DNA of 64,000 bases from Mobula hypostoma (lineage: Eukaryota), in contig NC_086106.1 of the NCBI RefSeq assembly GCF_963921235.1, positions 26,908,001-26,972,000 of the forward strand, read 5' to 3'. The first letter of the stretch is position 1, and each line of letters starts with the position of its first letter. The notes beneath the pieces were generated by a model that saw only the letters and a list, made by a program, of their open reading frames with translations, was not told where the DNA came from and ran no database searches. Positions 38,809 to 50,759 of this stretch are shown piece after piece. Position numbers and translations under genes: made by a program.

Positions 38809-40475
38809 GAACCTCCGGGTAGTGGCGAGCTCTCGACTGGGCCCGGGATCAGTAGACAGTGGTTCTTGATTCCCCGCGGCGGGTTAACTGACAGACCGAC
38901 CTCGGTGACGAAACTTTTCAGGCTCGCTTTGGCGAGGTAACTGCACAGGGTTGCTCCGATGAGGAAGGGCGATTTCCTGGCACACGCTTCGGCAGAGACT
39001 AGGCTTGCTCCGGCCTGATGACATCGACACACTGTACCTTTGATGACTTTGCAGACGCTCCCGCTCCGAACGGCTGAAAGCCGCAGACTATAAACTACTG
39101 GTTCAGCCGAGTGTTGATTGCTTCTAATCACCAAAGTCGAGGGACAGGGAAAAACAGGGTATCAACGGTCCGGATCGTAACATAAACAAGCTAAATTTAA
39201 AGGGACCCCGATCCGGACAATGACAGAAGCAGCTCAGTTTTAGGCTGCCACACCAATATTTGCGTTGTTTATCATCAATAGTTTAGAGCACCATAGTACT
39301 GTGTGATATACCCTGTAATGGATTCCTTTGGGCTTCGATATAAGATGGAATATATAGAGAGACAGCTTATTTCATAGGTTAACAGTCAACTCTGAATCGC
39401 ATCAAGTAACGATTGGCGTCAGGGAAATGAGGGAAGAAATGTTCGGCCTATAAAACATACTGTTTTAGAAAGAATTGAAATGTGCTGTGTTAAGGGACGG
39501 TCCAATCATCATCATCGACACTTTCAACGTGATAGGTCTGGCACAGTATGTGGAAATGTGTTTATACCCGCATTGGAGAACGTCGAGAGTCATATCAAAT
39601 GTGATGAACATACATTAAACAGCAGCGATATCGAATATGTTATAATTTATGCTTTCTGTTATATTAAGAGATTATACGGCAGAGAAAACATCCATGGCTA
39701 TATAATCCAGGTCGAACATGTGAACGTAGGATGGACGGAAAGGAACGTTTCAGCACTAATGACAATGATTCATGGAATAATCATGAAAAACTTTCACATT
39801 CATGAGTGTCTGAGATAAGGCGTAGGTAGTGATGAATGAGGCCAGGCAGAGTACAGGAAGCAAACGCTCTTCTGGACTTACTGATTTAGGGCGTTCAGGA
39901 GACCTGAAATTGGAAGGAATACGAAGACAGATGAGGGGAATTGTCAAAAACATGGCCCATGTTTTACAGTCAGGCACTTTGGTAAAAGAAATAAAAAGCT
40001 AGACTATTATCTAAAGTGGAGGGAGATTGGGAAATTGGAAGTGAGTTGTGAGTCCTCGTGTTGGAAATACTAAAGGTTATCGCGCATGCAGTGTCAGTTG
40101 TCAGGAGCAAATAGCAATATTGTATTCATTTCGAGAGGAATAGAATATAAAAACAAGTGTGCAATGCTAAAGCTTTTGTTAGGCATTGGTCAGTCTACAC
40201 CTTGAGAATTGTAAGCTATTTCGGACCCGATATCTTAGAAAGGATGAGCTGACAATGGAGAGGGTCCTGAACATTTCACCAGTATAATTCGCGCAATAAG
40301 AGCTAAACGTTTGTGGATCGCTTTTTGGCTGTGGACCTCTACTCGCTAGAATTTCACGGAAATGGTGAAATTTCATTGAAAACTACCGAACATTAATAGG
40401 CCTAGATAGAGTGCACATGAATTGGAATTTTCCAGTGATTAGACAATCTTGGATCGGAGAATACAATCTCAAAAT

Positions 40476-41110
40476 AGATTAGATTATGAGGACAAAGCGT
40501 CCTCTATTATTGCCATTTAGTAATGCGTGCATTAAGAAATGATACAATATTCCTCCGGTGTGATATCACAGAAACAAAAGACAGACCAAGACTGAAAAAC
40601 TGATAAAAAACACATAATTATAACATATAGTTACAACAGTGCAAGTAATACCGTAACTTGTTGAAGAACAGGTCATGGGCATAGTAAGAAAAGTTCAAGG
40701 TCTCTCGAAAGTCCCACATCTCACGCAGACTGGAGAAGGAAGAAAACACTCCCTGCCATGCCCGACCACAGTCCGACTCTGAGTTGTCCGAAACTTCGAG
40801 CCTCCACCCAGACCTCTCACACCGAGCACCGAGCGCCATCTCTGCCCAGCGCTTCGACTCCACCCCGGCCGCCAGCAGCAGGCAAAGCCGAGGATTTGGG
40901 GCCTACCCTCCGGAGATTCTCGATGGCAAAGTAGCAGCGTCAGCGAAGCGCGCATTTCAGATATTTCTCCAGATGTTCCTCCGTGCTTCTCACGGCTGTC
41001 TCCATCAAATCAGATTTGTGCACGTCCCCCTATTTAACAAATACGATATCATTTCACCGGAGAGGCTACGCGCTGAGTCGCGTCGCCATCTTCTCCTCCC
41101 GCCTAAAGAA
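40476..41110 (-). mobile_element. Non-autonomous non-LTR retroelement (about 640 bp)
   Basis: The minus strand starts near AAGATGGCG (YY1-type motif, CGCCATCTT at 41084-41092), is CpG-rich, and ends in a CAATAATAGAGG..CATAATCTAATCT microsatellite-type tail. Confidence 0.6.
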
Positions 41111-41569
41111 GGGCTTCACTTTAGATAGAGATGAGGAGGAATATAATTAGCTACAGGGCCAGCAGTCTGCGGAATTCATTGCCTCTGACGGCTGTGAAAG
41201 TTAGGTTATTAAGGTTGAATTTAATTGATTCTTCTTTAGCAAGTGTGTCAAATGTTTAAAGCAATAATAAGCAATAATAAATCCGACAGCATAGAATCTC
41301 AGACGGGACTTGGGAGGCAGAATGGCTTGTTTCTGCTACAATATCGTATGGTCTTATATAAGAAAAGATGGTGTGTTCGTTCGAAAGAATGATAAAAGGG
41401 AAGCAACGATTGGAAAGATGATATCTGATTGAGCACCTGAGGAATATAATGAAGTTGGAAATAAAGTAGAATGACAAGTGAAATAGTTCAGGCTAGATAT
41501 AATATATGGTAAACACGGCCACAGCTTCTGAGAGAAACTAAGGTCGAAATTGCTGTGTCGGAGTAACTG

Positions 41570-43600
41570 ATGGATGGCCATGTCTCTGTTTCACTGAAGC
41601 ACGTTTCCTCTGCACACTGTGGACACGACACTCCAACCAGAAGAGTTTTCCATCAATCTTATGTACAGGAAGGCGGCATTAGGAATGGGCAAAGCAGGCG
41701 ACATATGTCTCACTGTGGTGCTCGGACGCATGTGCAATATAGAGGGATACACTACCGACCGTTAACGAGCCAAGAAAATACGCTGTCGTGATACATTATT
41801 CAGTTTACAAACCACCAAAGGCAGAAGCCACGCCAGAATTTGATGGAGTTAATGTCACGATTAACAAACAAGACACGGCTTACCCTGACGACGTTAACCT
41901 CCTTGTGGTGAAACTCAATAGGACGATCAAAAACAATTCAATACCCAGCTGCCATCAGCACATTATCTGCAACAAACAGGAACGCCAAACGCATGCAACC
42001 ATTACTACCATTAAGGATGCCTACCCGTCCATTCCTCAGGAAATCCGACCATTTTTCTGCACACCTGTAAATTAGGGAAGAGTAAGGAGCAAAGCACCGG
42101 AAGTGAGGACAGTAAAGACTTGGTCAGGAAAGGTACAGGGCGACTCGCGACTGGTTGGAGACGGTGGACAGGGCCATGTTCAATGACTCAACAGGGAACC
42201 AGAATGAATATGTCCTGGGTGTTGTGGACGTTATAAACACACTCGTCTACGAGAGCGTTCCTAATGTCACTGATTCATCCCAACAAAATCACTAAGGGAT
42301 AAACTAAGAGGTTAGTAATCTGCAGAAAGCTAACAATCTAGGAATGTTCAACAGTTCTAGATATAATGCAGAGAATACCATTTCACAACAGCGTGGCAAT
42401 TCTGGACTGAATTTGAATCACATCACAATGCCTGAGAGTAGTGGCAAAAATTGAGTGTCATTACCTTCTACAAAGCAAAACAATGCAAATAAATAATTTA
42501 AAAAATTGCTTCCAGATCACCTCAATGCCATCCATGCTGTCTTTGACTACTTGAATGTGTAAAATAGACGCAGTTAATGAACATAAGGAAGAACCGATAC
42601 TCCACGCTCAACAATAGCACTGGTATAACACAACTCCATGTGCATAACCCCGACTTTATTGAATTCATTTCTATAATTTTCACCTAAGTACTACCGCAGT
42701 GTCGTATTTATGTTTACCAGCGACACCACACTTGACCGATTCAACAATGTCGTGACGAATTACCATTTAGAAGAAAAATGGAATATGTTGAAGACTAGTG
42801 TAACAACAACAACCATCTGGCGACGGGACACAGGCAATTCTCAAGGTCTGATTATCGAGAGCAGGAAGAAGATGGTGGCGGTCAATGGACCCTTTCCTGC
42901 TGGGGCATCTGCGTTGGAGTGGATAAAATGATTTTAAATTCTTCGGTGTTAACATGTCAGTTCTGGGAACAAATAGTAAATGTCATTGCGAAAAAAGTCG
43001 ATATATACATATCCCATTTGCTATATTCGAAGTTTATGTAAATTCAGCGCTTCACCAGACGTTTGACATACTTCGACAGCTGAATAGTGCAGAGGATCCT
43101 AACTGACTGCATGTGTTACATTGAACTTTTCCAGAAAAAAAATCAGCATCCATCCTCAAAGTCTCACACTACCTCGGACATGCTCTCTTCTCCAGCCATG
43201 CTACCACAATGAAGCAGTAAGCACAGAAGCTATATGTCACACGGTCGATTTCAGGAACGCATGCAACCATTACTACCATTAAGGATGCCTACCCGTCCAT
43301 TCCTCAGGAAATCCGACCATCTTTCTGCACACCTGTAAATTAGGGAAGAGTAAGGAGCAAAGCACCGGAAGTGAGTCATTGCTCTGAAATTATCCGGCTC
43401 CTGAATCCGTATGGATAAATTTACCCAGCAGAGTCCAGAACAGATTCTGCACCCAACAGATTCGCTATCGAGCACTTTTACTACTCATGCCCTCGTGTAC
43501 TTATTTACCCAATTACTCTTTTTTTGCAGCGTTTATATGTCAGTTTCTGTTTCTATATCTTTTTTTGTAACTTCTTTTATAGCAAATACGTAAAATATTT
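41570..43600 (+). mobile_element. Heavily degraded Rex/Babar-type LINE
   Basis: TTIKDAYPSIP..SKAPEVRTVKTWS endonuclease-linker peptide near 42000-42125, RT remnants, and a 3' UTR-like tail to about 43600. Confidence 0.65.
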
Positions 43601-44082
43601 CTTTAATTTACAGTACATGCATTCAGGAAACCGTATTTCAGGATAGTACGTATTTACATTTCGTACATTTATAATCTATTTGTTCTTTTCTTTGACTGAA
43701 GGGATGCATGTGAATTCTCAGCAAGTATAGCGATAGTGTCCCAAGGTATTGTATATGTTAATGGAGTGTAGGAGGCTAACGGCGGACATGCGTGGACGAA
43801 ACAAGGGTGAAGGAAGGCAAGATGTGCCTGCAGGAATATGCTATGGGCTAGTTCCTGAATAGGTACGTTCTAACATTATTTTTAAATGGATCAGATATGC
43901 AGAATAATGACAACAGTGGGAGCCGACTGAATTCAGACATTTTAAGATAAACTAAAATGTAAGGCTGCTCGGTGAAATAACATTAAAATGGAGATGATCC
44001 CAAATCATGATTGTACATACACCAAATTATTGACGAAAGCACGACGGAGTTTGTTGGTACCTTGACCATCGTCATTCTGCGC

Positions 44083-44092
44083 GCACACACAA

Positions 44093-44131
<39 letters not shown>

Positions 44132-44151
44132 CACACACACACATGCACACA
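44083..44151. repeat. (CA)n microsatellite
   Basis: Direct inspection. Confidence 0.95.
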
Positions 44152-44654
44152 GACGCAAGATATATTGTTAATGGATAGAGATATATTTGACTTTATTCTT
44201 CGTGCTTTGGAGTTTATCAGCCTCGAGCTTATGTTGCAGTTTTAATTATATCTTCATAGTCTGCATCTGGAGATTCTCTTTTAATGTATTTGCATTTATT
44301 TTGAAATCATTAGCCGCGAGGTAATGCAACATCACTATAAAATGGACAATACTGTGTTCAGTTCTGATCAACTCATTATAGGAATTGCGTAGAAGATTGA
44401 GAGACTTGAGAAACGAGATGTACTAGAATGCCGCCTGCTTTGCGGACAATCTTTCTGGGTGACTGTTTAGTGGACTTCGGTTTTTCTCTGAGGAGCGAAG
44501 GGAAATGTGAGATGACCTGACAGAGGTGTACAAGACGATAAATGACACACATCGAGTAGACTGCGAGAGACATTTTCTCCCAGCCGATAAATGGCAAATA
44601 CCGAACCTTTAAGGCGATTGAAAGGAAGCATCGGAGACATGAACAAGGTAGTGG

Positions 44655-44935
44655 GACGATACTGTAGCGTAGTAGTTGTCAAAATGCTTCACAATAATAG
44701 TGGCCCGGGTTCAATTCCCGCCGCTGCTTGGAAGGACTTTGCACATTCTCCCCGTGACCGCATGTTATCTTCGGAGTGCTCCAATTCCCTAACACAGTCC
44801 AAGGACTTACCGGTTGTTAGGTTAATTGGTCATTGGACATTTTCCTGTGAATAGGTTCGGGTTAAATTGGAGAATTTCTGAGCGGCGTGGGGCGAATAGC
44901 TGTCAGGCCTATTTCACGCTAAACGTCAATAAGTA
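44655..44935 (+). mobile_element. HE1/V-SINE-like tRNA SINE inserted in a CR1 3' fragment
   Basis: GTAGCGTAGTAG A box, GGTTCAATTCCC B box, TTCTCCCCGTGACCGC and GGTTAATTGGTCA core motifs. Confidence 0.75.
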
Positions 44936-47566
44936 AAGAAATAGATAAACCGAGAGCGGTAGTACGTGGAAAGAGTTCCAGGGGTGACGGTAGTGGTAGA
45001 TGCAGGGACACTTAATAAACTCTTAGACAGCTCATGGATGATAGAATTATGTATGAGGGAAAATTAGATTATTCCGAGAGCAGGTTAAAATCTCACCATC
45101 TTGCGCCAAATGACCGGTACTGTATTATATTGCTCTACATCGATGTTGTCTGAGCTAATACTGCTCCCAAGAGTATAGGCAGGTTGTGGAGACTACGTGT
45201 AGATCGGATACTGAGATATAAGGACCCTGCTAGAATAAAGTGCATGTACTATCAGCCTGAACGAGCTTGGTTGCAGTTTGTTTCCACTGAAACTGCGAAG
45301 TCTCAGGTGACTCCTAATAGAAGGGTATAATGTTATTGAAGGCCGTAATGGACAGAGAAAATTACATTCTTTTTTCTGTGTTTGCATATTTAGTACGAGA
45401 GTGTATATAACTAACTTCAGAGATATTTTGTTTAAGGAGTTGTGCGTGTCAGTTTTTTTTTTCTGTTGCTGTTGCTTCATAGATAATGATGCTAGGTGCC
45501 TTGAGAGCGCTGCCAGGGAAGATTTATAACTGAGTTGGGTTCTGAAGAATTTGTAGGACCGCTGTAGAAGCGGTCTGCGACCCAACGACGTAAAAGATTA
45601 ACTGAATTTTATTTTTCAGAGTTCGTCCTCCACTCAAGTCTGTATTTGTACGTGACATTCCTTCCTTCTAATCGAGATTCGTTTTGGTATATAGGGAGTT
45701 ATCTCATCGATTACAATTACGTACTTATCGGAAAATATTTTGCAATGAAACATGTACACTAAAGGGAATAAATCAACGAATGTCTTTTGAACAAAAATAA
45801 ATCTACAGAATACGCAGAAATTTCCGCTCATATTCCACTAAGTGTCAGTATATCTAAAATAACTAATGTCCCCGTTGAAAGAAATCGGTTGATCCGTTAA
45901 CTAAGTCTGGCGCCCCTCCCCCTCTCTCTCTCCCCCCGCCCTCTCTCTCCCTCCCCACCCCCTGTCTCTCTCACACTCTAATTCACATAGGGGGAAAACC
46001 ATGATGAGCTGATTTAGATAAGCACCAGATACTTAATAGACGTTTCCCTAATAGAATACAGCATAAATAACTTGAGAAACATGCAAAATCATTCGTCAAC
46101 ATGCTTCAGAGATATTTCATATTCTAATGAAAATTTCTGCCTAAGAAAAGAAAATAATAAAAGAAGGCCGCACGTTAGTCTCAATACATCTTGCTCCACT
46201 ACTTTTAATTTTACTTAGGAAATGTTTTAAATTTCATGTTTTACAACAACATCGGTAGCTATCAGCATTATTTTCCGATGAAGTACAAATATCACGAATG
46301 GCATCTTCCATAGAACAGTCAGACATGCTGTTTTCATATTTTAAACCAGGCGATTCTGTGTTTCTAAAGTTACTCTCGCTGCTCCATGTATTCGTTTACC
46401 CACAATATTTCTTTGAATATATCTATGGTATCAGTGATACCATCCTGTTGTAAGAGTCACTCCTTATAACAATGGTCAGTGAGGCACAGACAGGTCCGTA
46501 TTTACCGACAGGAACCTTTATTGCTTAAAGTAAGCAGTACGTGAATTCACACAATAAATGTCGTATGTTCACACCCACTCCGTTTCCTTGATTCTTCTGA
46601 ATAGTCATAGAACACCAGAGGATTACTTGGGCAAAGGGATCTCCGCTATCCACGCGTTCTTCGTAGTCCCGACTTACTCGCCACGTATTCCCAGCAGGGT
46701 TGCTCACGCTTGCGTCAGCGATGGTAATTGTTCGAACATTGTACAGGATGCGTACACATTTATATCGATTCTTTATCAAATCAAATATTGCATTCCAGTG
46801 TCATTGGCAAAGGTTATCTGCCTTTCCTTAAATTCCTTGTTATTGCTCTGCTCCAATCCAGCACCCATTTATTGTTCTCTTGCCATCAAAAACAGTCGAT
46901 GATATATGACTCTTTGATCCCAATCAGCAACCAGCTCGAATAACTGCACGCAAGCACCAAGCCTAACATTCACACGTTTGCATGTTCTATGCAACAGAGC
47001 AGTATCATACAATGTTTTTTTTTTTTGAAATTGAAATCAAGTCCAGCAGTTTACCTGGAGCACCATTAGGTCATCTTCAAAATGTTGACCAAGCCAAGCA
47101 CTTCAAGCTGACAATATGGAAAATAGAGTGTTTTCACAAAATGGCCGACTTCATTACACAGCATGCGGAAGGAACAAAGAACTGTCAGTCTGCTTCCACT
47201 GTCCTCGATTAATTCAAATTCACTGATTTCTAGACTCCAAGATAGAGCTATCGGATTAACTTTCTTCGATACATTGAGAGCAGAATATATGTTTATTTGT
47301 CTTTTTTTTTTCTTTTTATGCTTGAATTGGTCTGCAATTTATCACTGAGGCACGGTGTACGTTAGACTGAGCAGACGTTGAATGGACAGAGTTTTAGTGA
47401 AAGGAGTAAAATGTAATAAAGTCAATACATATGTATGAATAGAAACACAGGAGAATGACGGAGCAATAAGTATGAGACCCCAACGTTTCAGTATTCATCC
47501 TCGGCAGCCAGAATGTCACTTATATCTGCATAACCACATACATAATTGTAGGTCTTTCTGACTGGT

Positions 47567-47595
47567 TCTATCTATCAATCTATCTACCTGCCTAA

Positions 47596-47652
<57 letters not shown>

Positions 47653-47705
47653 AACCAATCTATCTATTTATCTATCTACCTGCCTATCTATCTATATATT
47701 TACCT
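47567..47705. repeat. (TCTA)n / GATA microsatellite
   Basis: Direct inspection. Confidence 0.95.
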
Positions 47706-48522
47706 ATCTCCCTGTCTCTGTGCTTGTTACGATCTGTGCCTGTAATTTATTGGAAACGTTTTACAGTTTGTGTATTTTGTCAGATCCGTAGTTTTCACTA
47801 TTCGCTTTTATGCAGGTTTTAGAAATATCTTAACACATCTGCAAAACATAACATAATCCAGGTACGTTGGTTTTTGCATGTTATTCAAAGTAGATGCTCT
47901 CGATCACCTCAACGATTTATACTGCCATTCATACAAGCAGCCAACTGCGAGAAAATATACTATTTTTTTTCTCGCCTAACCATTAATATCCCGTAATCGT
48001 TGACTCTGGAACCGAGGTCCGTCCATGCAGTCACTTCTGCAAATGTTCGTGTTAGCTACCCCAAGATCATTGAAATTGCATCTTTCACAATGACATTTTT
48101 AACCATTGGTATTTATTAAATAGCATTTAAAAGTGGACAGAACGTGTTAAGGTCTGTAGGAGGTATGAATCAAAGTATATTTTTACAAATACCTTGCTGC
48201 GCAAAGAAAGCACAGTTGACATGATCTATATGTTACCTAATTAAGTGTAATCTCAAGTAAATCTAAACTCTCTTACAGTCGGGTATGAGGTATTTGCAGA
48301 TTTGAGCCACATCATTAACATATAGATGAAGAAGGGAAATAACAAAAAAAGAATAGCTGTTGCAATGCGTCTGCATTTATTTCATTTTCCACACGTGGCA
48401 AATGTAACAAATTAGTTCGCCATCACCGATCACATACCTCGGGCATTCATGTTTAGCTTACTCAGAATAACTGTCAGCATCAGTAGCTCGAAATTACTGA
48501 GAAATGTTCTGAAATTGAAAAT

Positions 48523-48550
48523 CACAGTGGATTGATCGTCTTCAAAAACG
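48523..48550 (+). other. Orphan 12-bp-spacer recombination signal sequence upstream of the VH promoter
   Basis: CACAGTG (48523-29) + GATTGATCGTCT (12 bp) + TCAAAAACG (7/9 match to ACAAAAACC, A-tract intact). Confidence 0.6.
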
Positions 48551-48619
48551 TTATGCTATTCATGATCTGGAACAGTGATGTTTATTTCACTGAGTGGGAT
48601 AATAATCATGATAGCCGTG

Positions 48620-48892
48620 AATCACGTGGCAGAAGGCTGTTAAATGTTAAGTGTAGTCGTTGCGTTTATTTTTAATTGCTACCAGCTTTGAAGGTGTGAC
48701 TCAAGCTGATTGTGCTGTGGGTGGTGTAACATCGCTTAAGCAAATAGACCTCTCAGCCCACAGGCTCCGCCCACAATCGCGCCCAGGTACTTGGTTGCTT
48801 AAATATCAGCCATCGCTCCACAGTTCAAACTCCCCGCAGTCGGATGCCGTCAAGTGCTGTGCAGAGTCGCCCCGTTTGAAATCGTCAGGAGG
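48620..48892 (+). promoter_or_regulatory. Putative VH promoter (no octamer)
   Basis: E-box CACGTG 48623-28, AP-1-like TGACTCA 48697-48703 and TATA-like TTAAATAT near 48799 lie directly upstream of the leader ATG. No ATGCAAAT/ATTTGCAT is present, consistent with what is known for elasmobranch IgH promoters. Confidence 0.5.
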
Positions 48893-48938
48893 ATGAAATC
48901 GCTGCCTTTAATCGGCGTGTTCCTGGCTTTATTAACCC
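48893..48938 (+). CDS. IGHV: Ig heavy-chain leader exon (MKSLPLIGVFLALLT + 1 nt)
   Basis: Hydrophobic signal peptide, phase-1 donor C|GTGCGT, 146-bp intron to the V exon. Confidence 0.9.
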
Positions 48939-49084
48939 GTGCGTAGATTGGGTTGGAAATATCTCTCACTCTCTCTCATTCAGTCAATCTTCCATTGCGT
49001 TCAGTTTTACGTTATAAATTCTAAAGACAAGATCACTGTCTGAAAATTGATTTTCAGGTTTCTTCCTTTGTATTTAACCTACAG

Positions 49085-49388
49085 GTGTCCATTCCGATGT
49101 CGTGTTAACTCAGCCCCCGTTGGAGACTGCCAGACCCGGAGGATCAGTGAAGCTCACCTGTAAAACCAGCGGGTTTGATCTCGATAGCTACTCTATGTAT
49201 TTGGTCCGTCAGGTCACCGGACAGGGGTTGGAATGGCTCCTTACATACTACAGTTCTTCATACCAGTATTACGCCCCGGGGATCCGGAACAGATTCACTC
49301 CGTCCAAAGACTCCACAAACAATATTTTCACCGTTGATGTGACCCAGCTACAAACGGACGATACCGCTGTCTATTACTGTGCGAGAGA
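49085..49388 (+). CDS. IGHV: IgM-type VH exon, unrearranged; open frame but Trp41->Leu
   Basis: Acceptor ctacag|GT; (R)[100 protein letters not shown]; both Cys intact; TTG at 49201-03 where TGG is canonical. Confidence 0.95.
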
Positions 49389-49427
49389 CACAGTGCGGCG
49401 AACAAGAGTCTAGCCTGTACAATTACG
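49389..49427 (+). other. VH 3' RSS (23-bp spacer), degenerate nonamer
   Basis: CACAGTG + 23 bp + ACAATTACG (6/9). Confidence 0.9.
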
Positions 49428-49773
49428 GTGAGATGAAACACTGTGTTTTCTATCATAACCTATCAGTGATTCATTATTCTATTTGCAATAGTGGCAGGAC
49501 ATAAAATGCGCACACATGTTCCTCAATGATTTATTCGCAGTATCACACCTAATATCAAATGCACTGATGTGACATTTTATTCCTGTTTCTCCTCTTTGAC
49601 ATCAGCTGTTCATAATTGTGGAGAAGAACATTTCATTTGATCCAATGTGAACGGTGCAGGGAGAGAGAAATGATGGGTTGTATTTAAATTCGATCCTCTT
49701 TGTGAACTGTTGGATAACGTAAAATAGATTCAAAGCCTATTTCAAGAGAAACTTGTGCGTTTTAGTGTCTGCT

Positions 49774-49854
49774 GTTTTTTGTTACGGTCTGTCTCACTGT
49801 GCGTATATAGTGGGTACACTGTGCTGTAAACAGCGCATTTCCCGTACAAAAACC
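49774..49854 (+). other. IGHD: DH1 segment CGTATATAGTGGGTA (49802-49816) with 5' 12-RSS and 3' 22-RSS
   Basis: GTTTTTTGT-12-CACTGTG | D | CACTGTG-22-ACAAAAACC; matches the 12/22 layout of elasmobranch D1. Confidence 0.95.
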
Positions 49855-50054
49855 TGGGCAGGTAGTCTACTGCTTTTTGACCACACCAGCACAGCAGAAG
49901 AGGCTGCCGAATAGACATTGAAATAAATCGATGTGGCATTTATATATATCGCTAAAAAAAACAACAAAATCAAAAAAATTGTCGTGATGTTCCATCAAAG
50001 CGAAGTCATCTACGGATAGAATGCGAAATGACAACATTAGCGGACAAGCTGCAG

Positions 50055-50109
50055 ATTATTTGTCAGAGTTTGTCTCACTGAGGAGGCACCATGTTGACGG
50101 TGACAGACG
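50055..50109 (+). pseudogene. IGHJ: D2 5' 12-RSS fused to the 3' half of a JH (no D2 coding, no J-RSS, no WG)
   Basis: ATTATTTGT-CAGAGTTTGTCT(12)-CACTGAG is followed at once by GA GGC ACC ATG TTG ACG GTG ACA GAC G|GTAAGA (GTMLTVTD, phase-1 donor at 50110). Confidence 0.85.
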
Positions 50110-50759
50110 GTAAGAAGCAATTTTTTTTTCAAAAAGTGTTCCAACTGAAATTTAATTTCATATTTAGTTTGTGATTTTGATTACTCTTTCCTCTGATTAT
50201 GTTTTGGCTTCAATTGAACTTTCGATTAATGTCTCTTTGTGAAATAATTTGTGATTTGTCGCAAAGAGATTGTGGAATTCAGCTTAAAATACTAAAATAT
50301 TCGTGATTTAGTACTCATTTGCTGAATTAAATAATAGCCTATCTCCTTTTCAACACCCCAATGCTCTCAGTTTTTTTTTTGGAATTGCAGCTTTGATAAA
50401 CCTGAACAATATGTGTCCATCCTGTACAATGGAAGATATTCCATTTCAATCTATTTCTCCCATCCACGGAGAATAAAACAGAACACAAATGAGAGTATAA
50501 TAGAACCTTGTTTATGAACATATGCATTCATTAGTGGAACTGCATTATCGACCAGTGAACCAGCTCCCAACATGGCTTGCAGACGGGAAGTTGTTTTTTT
50601 CTCTAACCAAAAACTGCAGAACTTCGAGAATCACAGACTCTATGCTGATTTCACATTCGTCATTGTCCACTTTACCGGTCAACGCTAAAGGATTTTTTTT
50701 ATCATTACTTAAATAGGTGCTCTACCTCCTCTGGTAGTGCATATATGTTTCCTATTTCA

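Larger units (their letters stand above)
37781..39225 (-). mobile_element. LTR-like element (1445 bp) expanded by two internal tandem arrays
   Basis: TGTCAC...TGACA termini; ends resemble the solo LTRs at 8606 and 14363; no matching TSD (AGGTG versus GAAGC). Confidence 0.65.

Noticed and set aside
44288-44295. Octamer ATTTGCAT as an IgH promoter element
   Set aside because: It lies 4.6 kb upstream in AT-rich DNA next to repeats; a single 8-mer is expected by chance.
46446-46968. Possible additional solo LTR upstream of the VH
   Set aside because: TG and CA candidates exist but no matching TSD or similarity to the other LTRs could be established.
49427-49433. Strong-looking donor ACG|GTGAGA after the V nonamer as a route to splice unrearranged V onto Cmu2
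   Set aside because: The V frame stops at TAG 49411-49413, before the donor.
49439-49445. Extra CACTGTG heptamer just after the V RSS
   Set aside because: No nonamer at 12 or 22/23 bp on either strand.
50522-50716. ORF with WLADGK as a possible Cmu1 remnant
   Set aside because: No Cys about 14 residues before the Trp, no terminal YxC motif and no phase-1 splice sites.
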